A DNA stretch of 64,000 bases from Octopus vulgaris (GCA_951406725.2 OX597840.1:28024001-28088000), one strand, 5' to 3'; shown: positions 1 through 15,009, counted from the stretch's first letter. Program-made: numbers and translations. The notes: generated by a model from the sequence alone, not told the origin.

Positions 1-169
1 GATTATATGTATGTATGTGATTTTGTGTGTATGTATATGTGTGTATCTATGTGTGTATATATGTGTGTATGCATATGAACATCATCGTCTCTGTCACCAC
101 TTGTGTCCTTGTGGTTATTTTTATATTTTTTTCATTTCCTCTCCTCGTCCTTCTCCTCAGACTCATTTT

Positions 170-198
170 TTCACCATCATCATCATCATCGCCATCAT

Positions 199-241
<43 letters not shown>

Positions 242-285
242 TTCTTCTTCTTCTTCTTCTTCTTCTTCTTCTTCTTCATCATCAT

Positions 286-331
<46 letters not shown>

Positions 332-500
332 TTCTTCTTCTTCTTCATCATCATCTTCTTGTTCTTCTTCTTTTTCTTCTTCTTCTTCTTCTTCACCATG
401 ATGATGATCATCATCATCTTCTTCTTCATCATCATCACCACCACCACCATCATCATCATTCGTCATCATCATCATCATCACCACCACCATCACCACCACC

Positions 501-534
<34 letters not shown>

Positions 535-580
535 TCATCACCACCACCACCACCACCATCATCATCATCATCTTCTTCTT
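170..580. repeat. Compound trinucleotide microsatellite (ATC/TTC/ACC)n
   Basis: Alternating pure tracts of cat, ctt and cac seen directly. Confidence 0.95.
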
Positions 581-861
581 CGTTTCCCCACACTGATGTC
601 GTCGATGTTATCAATCGATGAGGTTATCGACTAATTGAACTTATCGTTGCCGTTGTCGTTGATGATGATGATTGATGATGATGATGAGGTTGTCTCTGTT
701 GTTGTTGTTGCTGTTACAATCACGGGGTGCAAACGGATTTATTGATGTCAGTAACAGTCAATGACAACCCAGCATCTCATGTCACGTACACACAATCATT
801 ATATACATTCATACATACATACATACATACATACATACATAATACATACATACATACACAT

Positions 862-962
<101 letters not shown>

Positions 963-1097
963 TATATATTTATATATATATATATACATATATACATACC
1001 TATGTATATAGGTATGTATACATGTGTGTGTCTATACGTATGTGTGTGTATACAATCATACACATAGCTTGTCAATGCAATGCACACATCCTTTCCG

Positions 1098-1185
<88 letters not shown>

Positions 1186-1243
1186 TATACATATATATAT
1201 GCATATATACATATATACATATAGAGAGAGAGACATATATATT

Positions 1244-1275
<32 letters not shown>

Positions 1276-1476
1276 TACATACCTATGTATATAGGTATGT
1301 ATACATGTGTGTGTCTATACGTATGTGTGTGTATACAATCATACACATAGCTTGCCAATGCACACATCCTTTCCGATACACACACACACACATATATATA
1401 TATATACATACGTGTGTGTGTGTCGGAAAGGATGTGTGTATTGGCGATGTGTATGATTGTATATACACACACGCTT

Positions 1477-1509
<33 letters not shown>

Positions 1510-1541
1510 TGCACACACACACACACACACACATATGTTAT

Positions 1542-1573
<32 letters not shown>

Positions 1574-1823
1574 GTTATCATTATCATTATTATTATTATT
1601 ATCATTATTATTATTTCGTTATTATTCTTTTATTTTTACAAATATTATTTCTTCCATTACACTAAACTTTAGAAGTTTATGTCGAATCTACTTGCATCCA
1701 TCAATATTTTGATATGTTATGCCATGATTTCACAAGAGTCTACACGAATTTACCCTGAGGCCTTCTAGTCATTCCAGTCCCACACAGGAGACAGTGCCGC
1801 GGGTTTTTCCTTTTTTTATCGTA

Positions 1824-1980
1824 GGCAGAGATGTGGCTGTAAGTTGAGAGGATTCCTTCCCAAGCACTTGGTTTTGGGTTCCGTCCATCTGCGTGGAATC
1901 TTGTCCTTTACTACAGGTCTATACCCGCCAAAACATTCTGTGTGGTTTTTCTATAGAAAACTGGAAGAAGCCCGTTGTGT
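1824..1980 (+). mobile_element. Diverged 5' part of SINE family B
   Basis: gtggctgt...gggttccgtccatctgcgtgg...aaactggaagaagcccgt aligns by eye with the family B head at 20263 and 62369. Confidence 0.65.
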
Positions 1981-1984
1981 AAAA

Positions 1985-2365
1985 TTTATAAGATGGGAGA
2001 GTGCAGCAGGGGATCGCAGCAAATGGAGGAAAATGTGTTTCCTAAAGACTAGAGAATTTGAAAGTAACCGCCTTCGTCATAGGGACGCACTTCGTGCAAA
2101 TTTGAAAGCAACGCATCAGCAAAATCCACCAAACACTGATTGTGTGTGTCACTGTGGGTTCAAAGCACGAAGTAAAGCTGGGTTAGCTGTCCACTCGAGA
2201 AGACATGTTGAACCAACGAATACATACAAGTGTACCATTTGCAAGAAAGTGTGCAAGGCATCTACTGGATTGAAGGTACACATGCGGTGTCATAAGGCTT
2301 TGGAATTGTTGAAGGTTATTTACTGAACCCTCATTCATCGTCTTCGATGAGAAAATCCAAGAAGA
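1985..2365 (+). mobile_element. 5'-truncated RTE-clade LINE 3' end with two C2H2-like zinc fingers
   Basis: WESAAGDRSKWR motif typical of RTE C-termini, then CHCGFKARSKAGLAVHSRRH and CTICKKVCKASTGLKVHMRCH; stop at 2326; short 3' UTR hairpin ending ccaagaaga before (TA)n. Confidence 0.75.
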
Positions 2366-2381
2366 TATATATATATATATA

Positions 2382-2519
<138 letters not shown>

Positions 2520-2670
2520 TGTGTGTATGTATGCTGGTATAAACATAAATTTTTTCCGTGTTTGTGTATGTGTATATGTAACCTTGAGCAAGTGTGTATG
2601 TATTAACTAAAATGAGACAATAAAACCAAAGTTGTGTGGAATTTATAGAACATTTATAAAGAGAAAGGTA

Positions 2671-2718
2671 GTCTTACAGCTGTTTCTGTGATATTAGGGA
2701 TATCCCTTCATCAGAGAC
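2671..2718 (-). ncRNA. Minimal type I hammerhead ribozyme (Penelope-like element associated)
   Basis: Minus strand GTCT-CTGATGA-AGGGATATccctaATATCACA-GAAAC-AGCT-GTA-AGAC: stem I GTCT/AGAC, intact core, palindromic stem III ACAGCTGT, GUA cleavage triplet. Confidence 0.8.
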
Positions 2719-2942
2719 GATATGAGGGAGTTAACTAGAGGGGAAATGGTTCAGTTCAATATTAGAAGGGATTCTGGAAAAGGAAGGATATAGGAAGTAT
2801 AAAGGGAAATAAGAAAATAAAAATAAAAATGTAAGTAAAAATATATGTGGGATGTTACAATTGCAGGTCCATTATCCAAGGAAATTGCTATGTAGAATGG
2901 GTAATGCTTCTTTTCAATGGTATGTAGGTCCCTATAGGAGTT

Positions 2943-2999
<57 letters not shown>

Positions 3000-3011
3000 A
3001 CACACACACAT

Positions 3012-3057
<46 letters not shown>

Positions 3058-3096
3058 ATATATAAATCAAAATAAAAACATGATGCCAAGGATTCA

Positions 3097-3174
3097 GCGG
3101 TACATATGTTTCGGGCCTTTATTAGACGGATTTATAACGATGCATAATGTGTGTCTATGGCCTTCTTCAGCCGC
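3097..3174 (-). ncRNA. Minimal type I hammerhead ribozyme (second Penelope-like family)
   Basis: Minus strand GCGG-CTGAAGA-AGGCCATAGAC...GTCTAATAAAGGCCC-GAAAC-ATAT-GTA-CCGC: stem I GCGG/CCGC, stem II GGCC/GGCC, palindromic stem III ACATATGT. Confidence 0.85.
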
Positions 3175-3423
3175 GTACAATTACTACTTAAAGGACATGT
3201 ATTACATTATAAGTTTTACGTTGGGAATGCAAATCCTCACAGTCGCGTACGACAGAGTGGGGCACCAGCACAAAAACGAAGCATCTATCTCGTCTTTCAC
3301 TCAATGTAGAATATATATATATATATATATGAAATTTGATAAGGGTAGAAATTGATCTTAGTCAATTAAAACCAGTGGCCTAGCATATTTAAAAAAATCC
3401 GAAGATTAAAAATTTTTTACATG

Positions 3424-3562
3424 CAAAATTTAGAGGATTGACCACTAAAAGTGGAGAGCCTGTATGCTAGATATAGGCATCAAAATTCTCCGTGGAAAAT
3501 AGCGATTTTGACATCTATATCTAGCATACAGGCTGTCCACTTTTAGTGGTCAATCCTAATTT

Positions 3563-3564
<2 letters not shown>
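3424..3564. repeat. Inverted repeat, about 60-bp arms with a short spacer
   Basis: ggattgaccactaaaagtggagagcctgtatgctagatatag pairs with ctatatctagcatacaggctgtccacttttagtggtcaatcc. Confidence 0.95.
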
Positions 3565-3606
<42 letters not shown>

Positions 3607-3609
3607 GGG

Positions 3610-3940
3610 TATGTGGAGTGTAGGCTGCTCCCCGTTTAATTTTGGATTTAGAATTCTTATAATGTAGTCCGTAATTTGTTGTATATGCGTGTATGCACAT
3701 TTACACCACTGAACAGTTTCCTAGGGCTATCTCTTTATCCACCCGTTCTGGGATACGGTTTAAGATGTCCATGCCATCTCGGATGAAACTGAGAACTAAT
3801 CTGCATAATGGTTTTTTTGGTGCTGAGTGTTGGTCCTGCTATAATCGGACACAGTTTGAGGTCAGTTGTTTTGAGAATCTATATATATGGAGGTCTTTTA
3901 AGACAAGATCTGAATTGAATAGAAGCCTGGAAATTAAACC
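3610..3940 (-). pseudogene. Penelope-like reverse transcriptase remnant, internally deleted
   Basis: Minus-strand pieces TDLKLCPIIAGP, KPLCRLVLSFIRDGMDILNRIP and IIRILNPKLN resemble PLE RT N-terminal motifs (LRPII, SFIRD) and the PLE C-terminal PxLN; frameshifted. Confidence 0.6.
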
Positions 3941-3944
3941 ACTT

Positions 3945-4208
3945 AGGAAACACACGATGCAAATCTTCCTTGAGAAAAGATATTTAGTCAAAGAGAAAGG
4001 ATTCGAGACAATGATAGAAGAGTTGAAACAGCGTATCATAGCAGTTGTTGGCAAACCCTCCAGATATCAGAAAAGAATAGATCGGTATCAACTGAAAAGA
4101 TTATTTGAGATAGACTAGAGGAGATTTTATAACCAAATAAATAGTGGAGAACTAAGTACTGAAGATGTGAAACCTAATGTAGCGGAAGCTATAAAGTTCT
4201 GGAGAATT
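3945..4208 (+). pseudogene. R4/Dong-like non-LTR retrotransposon fragment (region upstream of the RT)
   Basis: EELKQRIIAVVGKPSRYQKRIDRYQLKRLFEID*RRFYNQI...KPNVAEAIKFW fits the LKQR...RY...NRLF...FY...FW pattern of R4/Dong ORFs; in-frame stop. Confidence 0.7.
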
Positions 4209-4283
4209 TAAACTCAGAACGTAGCGACGGGCGAAATACCGCTTAGCATTTCGTCCAGCGCGCTAAATGTTCTGCCAGCTCGC
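4206..4283 (-). mobile_element. SINE family A head fragment
   Basis: Reverse complement of gcgagctggcagaa...gctaagcggtatttcg...gttctgagtt. Confidence 0.8.
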
Positions 4284-4285
4284 TG

Positions 4286-4370
4286 TAATAATAATAATGA
4301 TAATAATAATAAGAATAATAATAATAATAATAATAACAACAACAACAATAATAATAATAATAACAACAAC

Positions 4371-4451
<81 letters not shown>

Positions 4452-4790
4452 AAGGAGAAGAAGAAGAAGGAGAAGAAGAAGAAGAAGAAGAAGAAGAAGA
4501 AGAAGAAGAAGAAGAAGAAGAAGAAGAAGAAGAAGGAGGAGGAGAAGCAGAAGAAGAAGAAGAAGAAGAAGGAGGAGGAGGAGAAGGAGGAGAAGGAGAA
4601 AAAGAAGAAGAAGAAGAAGAAGATGAAGAAGAAGAAGGAGGAGGAGAAGCAGAAGAAGAAGAAGAAGAAGAAGAAGGAGGAGGAGGAGAAGGAGGAGAAG
4701 GAGAAAAAGAAGAAGAAGAAGAAGAAGATGAAGAAGAAGAAGAAGAAGAAGAAGAAGAAGAAGAAGAAGAAGAAGAAGAAGAAGAAGAAA
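4286..4790. repeat. (AAT)n then (GAA/GGA)n compound microsatellite
   Basis: Seen directly. Confidence 0.95.
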
Positions 4791-5274
4791 CCATCTTAAG
4801 ACCAATTAGTTAAAAACAAAAGAAAAGACCACATCGAAAAGAACACCATGACCACCATGACCACCACCAACAACAACAGCAACAGCAACAACAACAACAA
4901 TATTAAAACAAAAAGTCAAGTCACACTATATTTTAAACCAAAATATAAATTTTTGCTGGTCTTAATGCGAGACTGGCTGAGGCGTTGCAAAAATAAGCAA
5001 AGCGGGGGGAAAATTCCGCCAGAAACATGGCTGAAGGAGGCGAGATTTCTATGGCGTTCTCATTCCACTTATTGGGGAAATGGCTTCAGCCTGGCATTTA
5101 ATTAGAAAAGTCGCAAGATTTACATGCACAAATTAAGCTATATTCTTCGATTGCATTTTGAAAATACCCTCCCGACGGCAAATCTTTGGAGTGGATCTTA
5201 GCAAAACCGGCGTTCGGCACGTCGTAGCATTGATGTTTTTGCTGCGTATTCACTGAAGCAGTATCAACACTATC

Positions 5275-5283
5275 GTAGTAGTG

Positions 5284-5314
<31 letters not shown>

Positions 5315-5355
5315 CAGTAGAAGTAGTAGTAGTATTAGTAGTAATAGTAGTAGTT

Positions 5356-5390
<35 letters not shown>

Positions 5391-6910
5391 GGTGGTGGTG
5401 GTGGTAGTTGTGGTCGTGTTGGTTGTTGTGAAGGTGATAATGATGGTGATGGTGATGGTGATGTGGTGGTGTTAGTTGTCGTGGTATTGGTGGTGGTGGT
5501 GGTGGTGGTTGTGATGGTTGCTGTGGTGGTGATAGTTATGGTGGTGATTATGGTGGCGGTGCTGCAGCTACTGCTGCTGCTGCTGGTGGTGTATGTGACT
5601 GTGGTGCTGGTTGTGGTATTGGTGGTGATGTTGGTGGTAGTTTTGGTGGTAGTTTTGGTGGTGGTGGTGGTGGTGGTAGCAGTTTTGGTGTTGTTGCTGT
5701 TGTTGTTGTTGGTGGTGGTGATGGTGGTGGTAGCAGTTTTGGTGTCGTTGTTGGTGGTGGTGGTGGTGGTAGTGGTGGTAGTGGTGGTGGTGGTCGTTTT
5801 GGTGTTGTTGTTTGTGGTGTTGGTGGTGGTGGTGGTGGCTTTTCCAGTCAAAATTTCCCCTCCTCTCATTTTCTTTCTTAACAGTGGTCAGTCACTGGAA
5901 GTCAGATCTGCGTGTGTCAACAATCGGAATACGTGAAAACGGTTGGTTGCCGGAAAAATGAAAGAGAGAGAAAAGGGAAAAAAGAAAAAAGCAAAAACTT
6001 TCCTCTTTCTTATTTTATTTTTCCGCCGTGAACAGACTAACATTTTCTAAAAATCACTTCACAGCGAACTTGGAAGTGGCGGCTGGTGTTGGTGGTGGTA
6101 GTCGTGGGTGGGTCTGAGAAAGAAATTTCAGCGAAATACGTCTTATTTTATCTTACATTGCCGACTCACCAAACACGTCGAATCATCCTGCCTGACTGGC
6201 ATCACCATCGCCGCCTCCACCACTATCATCACCGCCATCATCGTCACCACCATCTTCATGATCATCACCCCTACCACCACCACCAACACCACCAACAGCA
6301 TCACTACCGCCACCACCACAACCAACATCATCACCATCAACACTAACACATCAGCATTACCACCACCACCACCACCACTACTATCACTACCACCACCAAC
6401 ACAACCATCAACATCACTATCACAAACCTCACCACCACCAACACAACCACCACCATCACCATCACCACCATCACCATCACCACCATCACCCCCCCCACTA
6501 CCACCACCACCGCCATCATCATCATCACCACTACTACCATCACCAACACAACAAACAACCACCACCGCCACCATCACCACCATCATCACCACCACCACCA
6601 CCACCACCACCACCATCATCACACCACCACCACCACCACCACCACCACCACCACCACCACCGCCACCATCATCACAACCATCATCACCACCACTACCACC
6701 ACCTCCATCATCATCACCACCATCACCACCACCATCACCATCATCACCACCACCACCACCACCACCACCATCATCATTATCACCGCCATCACCACCACTA
6801 CAGCCACTAGTATTGATATCTACCATCACGAACACCAAATAACAATAACACCATTACCACTCCTAATGCTACCACCACCATCACCATCATCATAATCATC
6901 ATCATCATCG
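5275..6910. repeat. Degenerate (GTA/GTG)n tract 5275-5840 and (CAC/CAT)n tract 6200-6910
   Basis: Seen directly; unique spacer 5840-6195. Confidence 0.9.
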
Positions 6911-6919
6911 CCACTACAA

Positions 6920-7342
6920 CCAAATCAAAAGACCAGGAAGCATCATGGAGGTGGCCCAACAAGGGTGACCTAACAAAAATACTGAAAGCCTAATCATTGC
7001 GGCCTAGGATCAGGCATTAAATACCAACTCAGTGAAAAAGAATATATACCACATAAGTGCATCGGACCTCTGCGGAATATGTGTCAAGCACATTCTTAGT
7101 GCTTGTGAAAGTCTTGCGTAGGCACAACAAGGTAGCCGAAAACCACTACTGGCTACTATGCCGTAAATATGGATATGGGGTTACGGGAGCTTGGTACAAA
7201 AATACACCGGAAAATGTAATGGACGAAAAGGGGAAGGTAAAAATCCTCTGAGACTTTGATTTCCAGACAGATAGGGTATTAGAGCATCGAAGGCCGGATA
7301 TAGTAACGTTTAGTAGGGACAAACAAGAGTGCAGCATCTTCA
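6920..7342 (+). pseudogene. R4/Dong-like LINE C-terminal fragment (zinc knuckle and restriction-like endonuclease)
   Basis: GDLTKNTESLIIAA*DQALNT, CGIC..HILSAC, RHNKVA, KIL*DFDFQTDRVLEHRRPDIV are the standard RLE-LINE motifs; contains stops and a frameshift. Confidence 0.85.
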
Positions 7343-7698
7343 TTACAAGGCGGAGGTATTGTTATCAGTTGTGTTTGTTTGTTTGCCCATGGACAAGATA
7401 TCTCAAGAACCGCTGGATGGATTCAGATGAAACTTTCAGGGATGTTTGGCCTTGTGACTGGCACGAACTGATCTGATTTTGGGATCGATCCGGTACCGGA
7501 CAAGGATTCTGGATTATTTCTCCTGTTTTTTTTCTCACTTAATTTTTGAGAGTGGTCAGGTTCATTTTTAGTATTCTCGTTTGTGAGAGCAGTCGAGTTT
7601 ATTTCAGATATTCTCATTTTAAAAATCATCTCAGGCTAATCGTTGAGAGGACGTTGGTGTTGCCTTGGTGGAGGTTTGCACTCTCTGAGTGCCCTTGT
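7343..7698 (+). mobile_element. Non-autonomous Helentron/Helitron2-like (DINE-1/HINE-type) element
   Basis: 5' caaggcggaggtatt, (tttg)n microsatellite, 3' ccttggtggagg subterminal repeat followed by hairpin GCACTC-tct-GAGTGC (7678-7692). Confidence 0.6.
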
Positions 7699-7715
7699 CA
7701 TTATTGTTATCATTA

Positions 7716-7928
7716 AGACGATGAGCGGGAACGATCGTTAGCGCTTTGGGCGAAATGCTTAACGGCATTTCGTCCGTCTTTGCGTTCTGAGTTCAAATCC
7801 CGCCGAGGTCGACTTTGTCCTTCATCATTACGGGGTCGACAAATTAAGTACCAGTTGCGTACTGGGGTCGATGTAATCGACTAGTTCCCTCTCCTCAAAT
7901 TCCAGGCCTTGTGCCTATAATAGAGATC
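7716..7928 (+). mobile_element. SINE family A (tRNA-derived head, Meta-domain-like core)
   Basis: B-box gagttcaaatcc; core gtcgactttg..tttcatc..cggggtcgac.aattaagtaccag resembles the MetaSINE/Sauria domain (from memory). Confidence 0.85.
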
Positions 7929-8409
<481 letters not shown>

Positions 8410-10339
8410 GCAGAGTTATTCTTATTCTTATTTGATTAATAAAAAGAAAAAACTACAAAACGTAATCATAAAGTGAGATTTTAAAATGGCCGTTTTCTAC
8501 AAAGAAGACGACGGCGACGACATTTGCGCAAAACTACCGCCCTTAGCGTGATACGAACCAAAATTTGACGTGTGCCTTGCTAAATCTACTTCATTACAGA
8601 GCATCTTAATTAGAATTAAATACTTAGGAACATAACACTTGCAGCTGGTTTTGTCGATGGGATGGTTAATAGCCAAAGGGTCATGCGTTCAGTTCACACT
8701 ATGCCACAACCAATGCGCAATTTCCATGGCTAAGTCACGTACCTTTGCATCGGATCAGTTCACCTAGCAGTGAGTTGTTCCAGCGGTGCACCTCTGGCGT
8801 TTTTATAAGCGACCAGAGTTTGGCAAGCACCAGTGTTTACCTATTGGCAACTCAGGACCGTAATATAGTTTCACAAGTCTGTTTCTTTCTATTGATAAAC
8901 GCATGTAGATGCAATTCTACATAGAAACTTACTCACCCATTTGTATATAGACGTAGACAAATACTTTAAGCCGTAAGGGAACATGATATAAATGTGTTGA
9001 GTCTAATAGTTTTATTCCTGAGCTGGATTAACAACCGATGAAATTACGACTCCCAGTTTTGTGGTCACGTGGTTCATTGTATAACGAACATTGTATCTAG
9101 CTTGATTAATCGGTTAATGGTGAAACTGGTTGTTGTAATACGATTGATAGGAATACAGCTAACCAAGCACCTGAATGCAAATTACGGTAATGAAAAAATA
9201 CAGCTTCCTTAATAGGCACACAAAGGCGCTAGTGTAATGGGCTAAACTAACATCCATAGTAGTCTGGTTTGCATGTATGGGTAAATTTTTTTTAAATTTT
9301 GCTTTAAGCCAAAACAATTTAAGTTATAGAAAAAATAATATACTAGATGGTTTGTACATCTAACTCGCATTTCAATATTTTAGAGTTAGGACAGCTTCTT
9401 CAGGAAATCTATAGAGATGTAATAAAGTGATGAAATAAAGAGTTACATAAGGCAAACGGGAAATACATTTAAAAGCAGATATACACAGCAAGCTCATTCA
9501 CTCAGATTCACTCCCTCTTTATGTCAATATTTAATTTTAATCTTAGGAAAACGATGTTCATAATATTCTTTATAGCTGACACATCATCTCAATGCTCTAA
9601 CCGATCAAAAACACGCAACTTGTGACTAGTCGGGGAATAAAATATTTTGAAAGAGCCTTTGAAAAATATTTTTAACAAAACAGGCAGAAAAATTGTTTGT
9701 GTGTATGTGAATAAATATATGTTGAATAAATAATAATAAACACTTCGTTTTTGTATCTGGTTTGCAAGATTCTTTATGTGAATTTGTGCATTGAAACAAA
9801 TTTTACTGTGTCCAGGGAGAGTCATTATGCCAATATAATTAACACACGCACTGGTGCAATTCTATTCCTTTACTATTAGTCAATTGTTTAGATGTGTGTA
9901 TGTATGCCTGGATGGTCCTGAACAAATCAGCCGAGCTCATTGTTTAATCAACTCATCAGTTTTGATGTTCAGGTAAATATAAAAATGAAAAGTAATATCA
10001 TTTCCGAGCAGCATTCTCCGGAAACATTGGCAGAGGAGAAAGAAGTCAAAAGATCACACTTCACAGGCCAAACATTTATTGACAAAGTAAATGACGTACC
10101 AAAAACGTACTGATGCCGAAATATAGACTTTAGAGGGAAAAAGTAATACGTTACATAAATACTTCCAACCGTCTGAGTTGAGTCACTTATGCGATTTCAA
10201 AATAAACTGGATAGCCAAGGCTGGAACGCCTTGAAACATTAGTCTGTTTACTTACACACATAGACAGATAGATACACACACACATACACACTCACACACA
10301 CACACTGAAGGTCTCTCAGACAATCTCTCATTTATAGTC

Positions 10340-10594
10340 CCTCTCTTTTAAACTCTTCCTCTCACAGTCTCTCTCTCTCTCTCTCTCTCTAACAGTCTCT
10401 CTCTCGCTGTCTCTCTCTCTATCTTATACAGTCTCCCTCTTCGTAACTGTCTCCCTCTCTCTCTCTCTCTCACAGCTCTCTGTCTTAGTTTCTTTCTCTT
10501 CAACAGTTTCTCTCTCTCTCTCTCTAACAGTCTCTCTCTCACTGTCTCTCTCTCTCTCTCGGGTCTCTCTCTCACACAGCTCTCTGTCTTAGTT

Positions 10595-10628
<34 letters not shown>

Positions 10629-10725
10629 ACAGTCTCTCTCTCTCGGGTCTCTCTCTCACACAGCTCTCTTTCTTAGTTTCTTTCTCTTCAACAGTTTTTC
10701 TCTCTCTCTCTCTGTCACAGCCTTT

Positions 10726-10769
<44 letters not shown>

Positions 10770-10830
10770 TTTTCTTTATCTTCCTGCACACCCACATAGG
10801 TCTCACAATAACTCTCTCTCTCTCTCTCTC
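10340..10830. repeat. (CT)n-rich tract with internal repeated units
   Basis: Repeated ctctcacagctctctgtcttagtttct units. Confidence 0.9.
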
Positions 10831-11099
10831 CTTCATCCAGATCCCTGCCTCTTCCTCTTCCCTTTATCTCTTCTGCATTCTCTCCCTCACTTCTTACCCT
10901 ACCTCCTCCTCCTCTCTTCTTTCTTTCTCTTCAACAAGGAACCAGAAACGTCTCCTCCCGCCTGGAGGGCAGCTGTGGGAAATTGTATGATATTTAGCAT
11001 CTGGCACTGGGAGAGACACAGTCACAGACATAGACACACACAGACACACACATACACACTCTCAGATAGACGTATAGACAGACAAAAGGGGAGACAGAA

Positions 11100-12000
<901 letters not shown>

Positions 12001-12249
12001 GAGATATTGTTGTATGTTGCAGAGATATATGAAAATAAATATATTAAAACAGGGATCTGTATGGATGACTGACCACTGACTGACCAACATCGGGGTGGGC
12101 ATAAGTGGTTTGGTTGATGGGTGAGTGGTGAGTGGAGAGTGGAGAGTGGTGAGTGGTGAGTGAGGTAAGAACAACATTGGAAAGAAACAGAGGCTTTTGT
12201 TTTCGTTCATTTAATTTTTGCTGAGGCAGCTGAAGCGGATAAGGGTATC

Positions 12250-12446
12250 AGCATCGTCGCCATTCTCAACGTCATCATCATCATCATCATCACCTCAACC
12301 ACCACCGCCATCATCATCATCATCGTCATCATCACCATCATCAATTTCATCACCATCATCATCATCATCATCATCATCATTATCATCATCATTATCATTC
12401 CCATCATCATCATCATCACCTCAGCTACCACCACCACCAACACCAC

Positions 12447-12500
<54 letters not shown>

Positions 12501-12522
12501 TATCATCATTATCATCATTATT

Positions 12523-12553
<31 letters not shown>

Positions 12554-12735
12554 CTATCATCATCACCATCCTCATCATCATCATGATCATCATCATTATT
12601 GTCTTCATCATTGCCATCACCATCATACTCATCATCATCATCATCATTCTACTCCTTATCATCATCATTATTGTTGTCATCATTGTCATCATCATCATCA
12701 TCGTTATCATGCTGTCACCATCGTCATCGTCATCT
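12250..12735. repeat. (ATC)n microsatellite
   Basis: Seen directly. Confidence 0.95.
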
Positions 12736-13032
12736 TCGTACTGATAACGAAATATAGACTCAAGAAGGAAAAAGTAATTCGTTCAAAAATACTTCCGACC
12801 GTTTGAGTTGAGTCACTAATGAGATTTCAGAATAAACTGGATAGCCAAAGGTGGAACGCCATGAAACATTAGTCTATTTACTCACACATACATACAGACA
12901 CACACACGCACATTTTGTATTATACAGGTAAAATATATCTCTGTAAAGGCCGCGGAATATTGGCAAGGCTAGGCGTAAGGGGTCAGTGAAAAGAGAAGGC
13001 GTGAAAGGTCTCTAGTTGAAGTTAGATGAATG

Positions 13033-13294
13033 CAGTAATCTCTCGCCATATTGCAGTTCGCCTGTTGCGGTTCACCTAACGCGGTTCACATATCGCGGTT
13101 CACATATCACGGTTTATTATGTAAGCTTACGTCGATTTCTCCGTGGTGTTGTTTTGCATTTATAATAAAATAAATATATGCAAATTATAAAAATAATTTT
13201 TTTAAAAATATACTGTACTGTACTGTTTCTACTTCGCGTATTTTCACCTACCTATCGCAGGTGTTACGTTCCAAAAACCCCCGAGGAATTACTG
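13033..13294. mobile_element. pogo/Tigger-like MITE
   Basis: TIRs CAGTAATCTCTCG / CGAGGAATTACTG followed by TA; homologous in inverted orientation to 57148-57955. Confidence 0.8.
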
Positions 13295-13326
13295 TATGTA
13301 TGTAGATATTAATATGTAGCTATCTA

Positions 13327-13746
13327 AGGCGGTGAGCTGGCAGAACCGTTAGCACGCCGGGCGAAATGCGTAGCCGTATTTCATCTGCCGTTACGTTCTG
13401 AGTTCAAATTCCGCCGAAGTTGATTTTGCCTTTCATCCTTTCGGGGTCGATAAATTAAGTACCAGTTACGCACTGGGGTCGATGTCATCGACTTAATCCC
13501 ATTGTCTGTCCTTGTTTGTCCCCTCTATGTTTAGCCTCTTGTGGGCAGTAATGAAATAAAATCGTTAGCACACCGGGTTAAAATAGTGAGCATCTTTAAG
13601 TTCTGAGTTCAAATTCCACCGAGGAACACTTCGCTTTTCAATATTTCGGGTGTTGATTAAATAAATACAAATTGAATACTAAGATCCATGTAAACGAGAT
13701 ACACCCTACCCCAAAATAGCTGGCCTTGTGCCGAAATTTGAAACCA
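13327..13746 (+). mobile_element. SINE family A, full copy (13327-13558) plus an adjacent older copy
   Basis: ggcggtgagctggcagaaccgttagc head, B-box, core and tail ending gaaata. Confidence 0.9.
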
Positions 13747-13868
13747 TTATTATATTGCTATCTCCTTATATATGAATATTGTATAGAACGCTAGCCACTA
13801 CACGTTCTTTATTTTCTCTCCTTCTTTCGTTTTGTGTTCCTTTCTGTGGAAAAGCGTAGGCTCAACAA

Positions 13869-14811
<943 letters not shown>

Positions 14812-15009
14812 AAGAAAAGTTGTTGGAATAAGTGTTAAATACTGTAAGAAAAAAAGAAGTTGATAAAGGTTAGTATCGCAGGGAATAAATGTAGTGGGTG
14901 TGCGGGTGGTGGGGCGAATATCTATTAGGAAAAAGTAATAACAGAGTATTTTAAGTGATTGGTAAGATATACTATTTGGCTTTTCGTTTTTCATTATATA
15001 CACACTTCC

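Noticed and set aside
9330-9410. Minus-strand CTGAAGA followed by a CTAACTC/GAGTTAG stem
   Set aside because: No GAAA core or stem I found; too degenerate to call a hammerhead
13327-13415. tRNA gene
   Set aside because: A/B-box-like head continues into a SINE body, is multi-copy and shows no clean cloverleaf
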